IMG/VR virus record: IMGVR_UViG_3300016265_001061
Coordinates: 1-34,407 of that record
Length of the DNA stretch: 34,407 nt
Strand: one strand, 5' to 3'
Origin: a virus
Lineage: Duplodnaviria; Caudoviricetes
Position numbers and translations under genes: made by a program. The notes below the pieces were generated by a model that was not told the origin of the DNA, did no database searches, and saw only the letters and a list, made by a program, of their open reading frames with translations. This document shows positions 28,782 through 34,407 of the stretch, piece after piece (the stretch's first letter is position 1; the number at the start of each line of letters is the position of its first letter).

Positions 28782-28804
28782 GGGCAACTAGCTCAGTTGT
28801 CTAG
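28782..28804 (+). other. tRNA-5'-like fragment / candidate att core
   Basis: GGGCAACTAGCTCAGTTGTCTAG fits N7-TAGCTCAGTTGG of bacterial tRNA 5' ends; internal inverted repeat CAACT-N5-AGTTG; next to the integrase. Confidence 0.4.
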
Positions 28805-28870
28805 CTGCTCCCTCTCTCTTGCCATGGCCGCCACTTGCGTGGCGGCAGCCGTGACCATGCTGGTCATCGG

Positions 28871-28905
28871 TCTTCCTCAGAAGGCTTCGGTCTTACTGAG
28901 GGAGG
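28871..28905 (+). promoter_or_regulatory. cUUCGg-capped hairpin occluding the RBS of the recE-like gene
   Basis: TTCCTCAG-AAGGC-TTCG-GTCTT-A-CTGAGGGA; the 3' arm overlaps GGAGG at 28901-28905. Confidence 0.6.
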
Positions 28906-28911
28906 CCCGTA

Positions 28912-29793
28912 GTGGACACAGCCACAGGTAGTTATACGCCCGGCTGCATCACGCAGCGAGAAACCGGCCTGGCTCTTCTGGACCAGGCGGAAATCGACGC
29001 GGCCTACCGCCGAGACGACGGACACTTCACGCGATCCTACGCCCACGCCGTCTACAAGGGCGGGGCTCTAGCCCAGGAGGCGCTTGATCATGGTGAACAG
29101 CTGTTCTCCGGCAACGCCGGCACGGAGTTCGGGACGGTGGTTGACCGGGCGATCCCCATGGTGGTGGCGGGGGTGGCTCTGGCGGACCATTTTGCAGTGG
29201 TTCCGGAGGAGGTTCTTTCCAACGGGGCGAGGCGTGGAAAGGCGTACACCGACTGGGTGGCCGACAACGCCGACAAGACCGTCCTCAGCGGGCCCGACTG
29301 GTGGCGTCTCCAGCGGATTGTCAGGAATGTTACGCGGCACCCCACAGCCAGCGAGATCCTGGCGGCCACCACCGACATGCAAGCGGCGCTCCGGCACGTG
29401 GACTCCCACGGGCACAAGCGGAAGTGCCTCGTAGACGGGGTGACGGCTGGCTACCTGTGGGACTTCAAGACCACCAGTAGCGACTGGGCTCAGCTGTGGC
29501 GTAGCTGCGATTCGTACGGCTACATCTGGCAGGCGGCCTGGTATGTGGACGCCGCCATGGCATGCGGCTGGGGGCACCACCAACTGAAGTTCGTCTTTGC
29601 TCAGACCACCCGGCCGCATGCGGTGCGTGTGCGGACGATCCCCGAGGAATTGGTGGAGCGGGCCCGCGACCAGATCCGCGTGACCCTGGATCAGATTCGG
29701 CTGCGACGCGAGCTGGGCGTCTACAGCAGCCCGGAGGACGACGAGGAGTGTGAGCTGGAGTTTCCAGCGTTCTTTAGAGGAGGAGAGGAATGA
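28912..29793 (+). CDS. RecE/exonuclease VIII-like PD-(D/E)XK nuclease (DUF3799-like)
   Basis: FGTVVD, KCLVD...WDFKTT, YGYIWQAAWY, FVFAQT. Confidence 0.8.
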   Translation: MDTATGSYTPGCITQRETGLALLDQAEIDAAYRRDDGHFTRSYAHAVYKGGALAQEALDHGEQLFSGNAGTEFGTVVDRAIPMVVAGVALADHFAVVPEEVLSNGARRGKAYTDWVADNADKTVLSGPDWWRLQRIVRNVTRHPTASEILAATTDMQAALRHVDSHGHKRKCLVDGVTAGYLWDFKTTSSDWAQLWRSCDSYGYIWQAAWYVDAAMACGWGHHQLKFVFAQTTRPHAVRVRTIPEELVERARDQIRVTLDQIRLRRELGVYSSPEDDEECELEFPAFFRGGEE

Positions 29794-30443
29794 TGGTTGA
29801 CCATGGACTGCCGGGGCTCACAAGCAGCCCCGAGACGACGAAGTTGGTGACTGCCCTGGTGAAGGCGCAGTCGAAGTTCCCTGCCATCGACAAGGGCGGG
29901 AACAACACTTTCGGTCGGTACAAGTACATGCGGTACTCCGACATCTGCGAGGCCCTGCGTGAGCCGCTGAATGAGGCCGGGTTCATCCTGCCGCAGGTCT
30001 GCCTGACGCGAGTGGGCGGCGAGTGGATCGCCGTCGGCACGCTGCGGCACAGCAGCGGCGAGTACGTGACCAGCCTGTGCCCGGTCTACCTGGGGACGGA
30101 CAAGGAAGGCAACGTCCGCCAGGACATGCAGAGCCTGGGTTCGGCCTACACCTACGCCAAGAAGTACCTGCTCCTGGGGCTGGTCGGTGCGTGGGCCGAG
30201 GACGACGACGACGCCCAGAAGGCCCAGCCGGCGACGCGGCACAAGGCCGAGAGCCCGCAGAAGCTGAGCCGCGGCATGGAGATCGAAGCCAAGGCCCGCA
30301 AGGAGATCGACAAGGCGAAGGACATGGACGCTGCGAAGCCCATCCTGGACCTCGTCCGGCTGAGAGTGAGCGAGAAGGTCTGCGACCAGTCGGTCTACGA
30401 CCGTGTTTCGGAGTACGTGAATACCAAGTTTGGAGGTGCTTAA
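29790..30443 (+). CDS. erf: ERF-family single-strand annealing protein
   Basis: ALVKAQ...K...N...YKY, LRHSSGEY, QSLGSAYTYAKKY...EDDDDA. Confidence 0.9.
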   Translation: MMVDHGLPGLTSSPETTKLVTALVKAQSKFPAIDKGGNNTFGRYKYMRYSDICEALREPLNEAGFILPQVCLTRVGGEWIAVGTLRHSSGEYVTSLCPVYLGTDKEGNVRQDMQSLGSAYTYAKKYLLLGLVGAWAEDDDDAQKAQPATRHKAESPQKLSRGMEIEAKARKEIDKAKDMDAAKPILDLVRLRVSEKVCDQSVYDRVSEYVNTKFGGA

Positions 30444-30769
30444 TGGCCAGTCTGAATAGCTGCTCTTTTACCGGCAACCTGACGCGGGATGCCGAGGTCC
30501 GTGAGGTGGGCGAGAACGAAGTCGCCGCGTTTGCCATCGCGGTCAACGGCCGCAAGGACGGCGAGGTGTTGTTTCTCAACTGCGACCTGTGGCGTCCCGG
30601 GAAGGTGGCTGAGTACCTGACCCGAGGCAAGCAGGTGGCGGTGACCGGCCAGCTGAAGTGCCGGGAGTATGAGAAGGACGGTCAGAAGCGACAGGCGTGG
30701 GGCTTGGACGTCCGCGAGCTGACGCTGCTGGGATCACGGGAGAAGGCGGAGGCTGCGTCTCCGTTCTAG
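30443..30769 (+). CDS. ssb: Single-stranded DNA-binding protein (start revised to 30443)
   Basis: LNSCSFTGNLTRDAE, FAIAVN, YLTRGKQVAVTGQL, C-terminal PF; GGAGG RBS. Confidence 0.92.
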   Translation: MASLNSCSFTGNLTRDAEVREVGENEVAAFAIAVNGRKDGEVLFLNCDLWRPGKVAEYLTRGKQVAVTGQLKCREYEKDGQKRQAWGLDVRELTLLGSREKAEAASPF

Positions 30770-30877
30770 GAAGGCACTCATGGATGGGTTCGCCAGGAAG
30801 GCGGACGGCGAAAAACGGATTCGGGCCCGGGGCAGGCATGACGCCGCCCCGAGGCCCACGCCGCAGGAGGAGGAAAC
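30766..30877 (+). promoter_or_regulatory. Structured leader with GGA-loop hairpins (CsrA/RsmA-site-like)
   Basis: ACTC-ATGGAT-GGGT, CGCC-AGGAA-GGCG, CGAA-AAACGGA-TTCG, a 14-bp GC hairpin at 30823-30857, then CAGGAGGAGGA. Confidence 0.55.
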
Positions 30878-32425
30878 ATGCAGGCAAGGGATTACCAGCA
30901 GCAGTGCTGCGATGCGATTCTGGACGCGACGGCCAAGGGGTTCAGGGCCATCCTGTGCGTCCTGTTCACGGGTGCCGGGAAGACTGTGATCTTCTCGCTG
31001 CTCGCCAAGATGCTGTGCAACAGCCGGATCTTGATCATCGCTCCGATGCGGGAGCTGGTCTGGCAGGCGGCAGACACTGCCGACCGGATCACCGAGGAAT
31101 ACGCGGGCGTGGAGATGGCCGGCTCATGGTCATCCGGAAGCCGCGTCACGGTGGCGTGCCGGAACACGCTCCTGGCCGGCAAGGAGAAGCGATATAAGCG
31201 GCTCCTGGGCGTGCGGCTGGTGATCGTAGACGAAGCCCACACGCAGTTCTCCGAGCCGTTCCTGGCCATGCTCCAGGAGTTCATTGATCACGGGGCCATC
31301 GTCATCGGGTTCACTGCCACTCCGTTTCGCATGGACGGCAAGCCGCTGCTGAAGTTCTATGAGCATGTGGCCTTTGACTACGGGCTGCTGCAGGGCATTC
31401 GGGATGGCTGGTGCGTGCCCCCCCGAGCCCGGATCGTCGCCTGCACCGACCTGGACCTGAGCAAGGTGAAGGTCACGGGCGGCGACTACTCCGCATCGGA
31501 CCTGGAGATGGTGATCGGCGTCAGCTCCAGGCTCCACCAGTTCTGTCTCACCATCCAGCGGGAGCGCGTTGGCGCGGCGATAGCCTTCCTCCCGGGCGTA
31601 GCCAGCGCCCGCGCTCTCGCTGAGATGGCTGAGAGGAACTACGGGATACGTGCAGCGTGGATTGCCGGCAACGAATACCTGCAGAGCCAGGACGAGCGGA
31701 ACCTGGTGATCAACCGCTACCGTGCCGGCGAGATCGACCTGCTGTGCAACTGCCAGATCGCCACCATGGGGTTCGATGCCCCATTGACGCAGACGATCTT
31801 CATGTTCAGGCCGACGAAGAGCCGGACGCTGGCCATGCAGATCTGGGGCCGGGCCACTCGCCCGCTGCCTGGGGTGGTGGACGGCTGCGAGAACGCGCCC
31901 GAGGCCCGCATTGCGGCCATCGCTGCCAGTGAGAAGCCCTGGTTCAAGATCGTTGACGTTACGGATTCCGTGGAGAACCACTCGCTCCGCACTAGCGTGG
32001 ACATGTTCGCTGACGAGGGCACGCCGAAGGACGTTCTGGAGGCGGCCAGGCGGCGGGCGGCGGACGAGGACGCTGACTGCGAAGACCCGGGCGACCTGCT
32101 GGCCCAGGCCGCGGATGACGTCCGCAAGGCGAAGCTGATCGAAGCCGGGCTGAAGGCCATGCAGGGCCAGGCCGGCGGCAAGGTTCACGGCCGCGACATC
32201 TCGCTGGACGGCCGGAAGAAGGACATCTCGGAGTACCGGGTGCCGCTGCGTGGGCGGTACGCCGGTCGAACGATGGGAGAGGTGGACGATGACTACATCG
32301 AATGGGCCCTCAAAAACAGAGCCATTGCCGGATGGCAGAAGGGATTCTTTGCCAGAGAGAAGGCCCGGCGACGTTCTCTTAACTGCGACCCAGGAAGAGA
32401 TCGGAGCGTTGTTTCGGCTGGCTGA
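30878..32425 (+). CDS. Superfamily 2 DExH helicase (ResIII/Irc3-like) with small C-terminal domain
   Basis: RDYQ, TGAGKT, DEAH, TATP, MGFDAP, QIWGRATR; C-terminal GRYAGRTMGEVDDDYIEW (DUF3820-like). Confidence 0.92.
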   Translation: MQARDYQQQCCDAILDATAKGFRAILCVLFTGAGKTVIFSLLAKMLCNSRILIIAPMRELVWQAADTADRITEEYAGVEMAGSWSSGSRVTVACRNTLLAGKEKRYKRLLGVRLVIVDEAHTQFSEPFLAMLQEFIDHGAIVIGFTATPFRMDGKPLLKFYEHVAFDYGLLQGIRDGWCVPPRARIVACTDLDLSKVKVTGGDYSASDLEMVIGVSSRLHQFCLTIQRERVGAAIAFLPGVASARALAEMAERNYGIRAAWIAGNEYLQSQDERNLVINRYRAGEIDLLCNCQIATMGFDAPLTQTIFMFRPTKSRTLAMQIWGRATRPLPGVVDGCENAPEARIAAIAASEKPWFKIVDVTDSVENHSLRTSVDMFADEGTPKDVLEAARRRAADEDADCEDPGDLLAQAADDVRKAKLIEAGLKAMQGQAGGKVHGRDISLDGRKKDISEYRVPLRGRYAGRTMGEVDDDYIEWALKNRAIAGWQKGFFAREKARRRSLNCDPGRDRSVVSAG

Positions 32426-32466
32426 GGCGTTTCCGTGGAGCCCGGAGGAAGAGGAGGAGAAGGATC

Positions 32467-33120
32467 ATGCCGCAAGAAAAACTTGGTGGGAACGAGTTAA
32501 GGGTTGGTTCGGCTGGTGTACCGCTGGCCGTCGCGCCGGCCCTGCACAGGAGGGTGCTGATCAACAGGGAGCAGCCGCGGCAAGTGTGGGGCGACCTGGA
32601 GCTGAGCGAGGAGGTGGGCAAGCGCATGACGATGTTGCTGCGGCGGCACGGGCTGCCGTCGAACAAGCGGCTCATCGTTTTGTCGCTGGGGTACCCGGAT
32701 CGTACCCACGCTGAGATCGCCAAGGCGTTCTCTTGCACCGTCGATGTTGTTCAGGAGTGTGAACGAATGGCTGCGGCCATTCGCCACTCCGAGCCCCTCA
32801 GCACGGAGCTGTGGGAGGACCTGGCTGAAGAGGATGTGCATCCTGACGAGATGGCCTCCAGAGCAGCGGAAGTTCGTAGGACATGGAGGGGCAATGGGCT
32901 GGACCAAAGGCCACTTTCTGAGCGTCTTAAAGACTGCGCACAAAGCGGAGCGGGCATGGGTGGAGACGCAGCGCGACCATGGGCTCGCTATGGCACACGG
33001 CGTGAAGCTCGTAATGCCAGACCACAATCCGCAAAAGGACTTCTGCCCAACTCCGGACGCGGTCGCGGCCGTGCAGCTGGAGATCAAGGTCAGAAGTCTG
33101 TCGTTCACAGGCCCGGCTGA
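32467..33120 (+). CDS. Putative HTH DNA-binding protein
   Basis: Purine-rich RBS; THAEIAKAFSCTVDVVQECE helix-turn-helix pattern; C-terminus overlaps the next gene. Confidence 0.55.
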   Translation: MPQEKLGGNELRVGSAGVPLAVAPALHRRVLINREQPRQVWGDLELSEEVGKRMTMLLRRHGLPSNKRLIVLSLGYPDRTHAEIAKAFSCTVDVVQECERMAAAIRHSEPLSTELWEDLAEEDVHPDEMASRAAEVRRTWRGNGLDQRPLSERLKDCAQSGAGMGGDAARPWARYGTRREARNARPQSAKGLLPNSGRGRGRAAGDQGQKSVVHRPG

Positions 33121-33487
33121 TTTCCCGTATCCGACTGTGTTTGTCGATGACCTGAATGGATTGAGCCGTGGAACAACACCCTTTGCCTGGATCTACATCA
33201 GCCAGAAAACCGGAGCCTGGGTCTGGCTGTGCAGCCTGGACAGGGACGAGTCCTGGACAGAGCAAACCCAGTGGGACTCCATGCGTGGGTACAGCGTCCC
33301 CATGCTCACGGCCCCAAGCAGCTTCCTGCGGCACGCCGACCAGCTGTGCGGGCTCCTGTTCCCGGCCGAATCCCTGCGGTGGGTGGAAGGAGAAACTGGC
33401 GGCTTCCGAGCAGCGGAACAGCCGCCTGACAAGTGCGATCCGACGCCTAGAGGCAGAGGCCGAAAGGCTCCGCAAGATCCTGGTTGA
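32894..33487 (+). CDS. PD-(D/E)XK nuclease-like protein (start revised to 32894)
   Basis: GGAGG RBS; AERAW...TPDAV...LEIKVR; DFPYPTVFVD. Confidence 0.65.
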   Translation: MGWTKGHFLSVLKTAHKAERAWVETQRDHGLAMAHGVKLVMPDHNPQKDFCPTPDAVAAVQLEIKVRSLSFTGPADFPYPTVFVDDLNGLSRGTTPFAWIYISQKTGAWVWLCSLDRDESWTEQTQWDSMRGYSVPMLTAPSSFLRHADQLCGLLFPAESLRWVEGETGGFRAAEQPPDKCDPTPRGRGRKAPQDPG

Positions 33488-33546
33488 TTCCTGGGGATAT
33501 GTCCCCGGAGAGGAGTTGGTTGTCAGGGACAGCAAGGAGGTCCGCG

Positions 33547-33813
33547 ATGACGATTAGAGAGAACATGGTGGCCGTAAACACGCCGCGGTTCAGCCTGCGG
33601 GCGTGGATTGACTGCGGCGAGGGGGACCCTGGTTTCGCCAGGGATCACGCCGCTCTGCAGATGTACTGCGACGAGCATGCCGAGCTGCTGTCTCGCATGC
33701 CCTTCGATGCCATCTGCGACCTGGTGGCTAAGACGTTCCCGAGAACCTCCGCGGTGGAGGTCCTGGATGCGGAGACGCGGTGCGGCGTACTGCTGTACCC
33801 GAGCTGGCCATGA
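33547..33813 (+). CDS. Hypothetical protein (start revised to 33547)
   Basis: AAGGAGGT RBS; FPRTSAVEVLD...GVLLY. Confidence 0.65.
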   Translation: MTIRENMVAVNTPRFSLRAWIDCGEGDPGFARDHAALQMYCDEHAELLSRMPFDAICDLVAKTFPRTSAVEVLDAETRCGVLLYPSWP

Positions 33814-33941
33814 ACAGGACACCGAAGTTAGTGGCATTGGTGTTGGCGTTCGCTCTTGCCGCCGGCCTGATGGTCGCCGGCTATGTGAGTGCCGTGATGG
33901 GCACCCCCAAACAGGCAGAGTTTTTGCGAGAAAAACCATGA
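33810..33941 (+). CDS. 43-aa single-pass membrane peptide (not in ORF track)
   Basis: MNRTPKLVALVLAFALAAGLMVAGYVSAVMGTPKQAEFLREKP; ATGA-coupled at both ends. Confidence 0.6.
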   Translation: MNRTPKLVALVLAFALAAGLMVAGYVSAVMGTPKQAEFLREKP

Positions 33942-34375
33942 CGCTTCCGTACCAGCGCAGCCAAGCCGTGATGAGCGTTCGGGAGTTTCTGCTGAACCTC
34001 GCCAGCCCGTATGGGCCGACCGGGATCAAGCGAATACCGAGAGCCGTGCGACGGGAGGCCCGCGCCATGCTCAAGCATTACCCGACGGCCTGGGATATGA
34101 GCATCGCCGCCGACAAGATGCCGGAACTGTTCTCCAAGAAGGCCGCCAGCGAAGCGGTTCCGCAGCCATCGCCCACGCCCGCATGGATGGGCAAGCCCTA
34201 TTGGGTTGACCCTCCGAGCGGCTGGAGGTACGGGTTCCCGCGACTCTACCACCCAGACGTTGATGGCCCGATGAAGGAGTGGCTCGTCAAAAACGGATAC
34301 CCAAAGGCGCTTGCCGACAAAAACCTGTCCTGTACTTTCACGGCTGCAACGCAAGAGGATGTGACCAATGACTGA
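33938..34375 (+). CDS. BPSL0761-like domain fused to a small DPPSGWRYGFP domain (start revised to 33938)
   Basis: MTLPYQRSQAVMSVREFLLNL...VRREARAMLKHYP; P-rich linker; WVDPPSGWRYGFP...EWLVKNGYP. Confidence 0.65.
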   Translation: MTLPYQRSQAVMSVREFLLNLASPYGPTGIKRIPRAVRREARAMLKHYPTAWDMSIAADKMPELFSKKAASEAVPQPSPTPAWMGKPYWVDPPSGWRYGFPRLYHPDVDGPMKEWLVKNGYPKALADKNLSCTFTAATQEDVTND

Positions 34376-34407
34376 CCGCGACCATTTCGCCGCTGCGGCG
34401 TTGGCTG
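34368..34407 (+). CDS. 3'-truncated small phage protein
   Basis: MTDRDHFAAAALA resembles a common phage RDxFAAxAL N-terminus; GAGGA RBS. Confidence 0.55.
   Translation, partial: MTDRDHFAAAALA

Noticed and set aside
28782-28860. Complete tRNA gene
   Set aside because: No anticodon arm, TTC T-loop or 3' acceptor strand at the expected spacing
28725-28931. 68-aa plus-strand ORF as excisionase or repressor
   Set aside because: No HTH pattern or clear RBS; overlaps the integrase start and structured elements
30780-30989. 69-aa ORF over the ssb-helicase gap
   Set aside because: Overlaps the helicase out of frame with unconvincing composition; RNA structure explains the region better, though it is not excluded

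Overview
High-GC fragment of a probably temperate dsDNA tailed phage (or prophage) with podovirus-like architecture; nearly all genes are on the + strand. Order: a 5'-truncated Cys-rich adhesin with autotransporter-type beta-strand repeats plus a small Cys-cluster protein; scaffold, major capsid and decoration genes, then a terminator; a glycosyltransferase-like gene; terminase and portal; small tail/fibre genes including a Cys/Asn-ladder beta-solenoid; adaptor; an apparently split tail nozzle; probable internal (ejection) proteins; a lone minus-strand tyrosine integrase; and an early module (RecE-like nuclease, ERF, SSB, SF2 helicase, HTH protein, PD-(D/E)XK nuclease, small ORFs). No sheath, tape measure, DNA polymerase, lysin, repressor, reverse transcriptase or CRISPR array was recognised. 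The most notable non-coding signals are a cluster of GGA-loop hairpins resembling CsrA/RsmA sites upstream of the helicase; a heavily structured integrase/recE intergenic region with a tRNA-5'-like, att-like palindrome and an RBS-sequestering UUCG hairpin; and a recurring GG(A/G)CA(A/C)T motif ahead of late genes. A PVC-superphylum (Planctomycetota-like) host is only an inference. All product calls are from motif recognition and gene context by eye; no searches were run.
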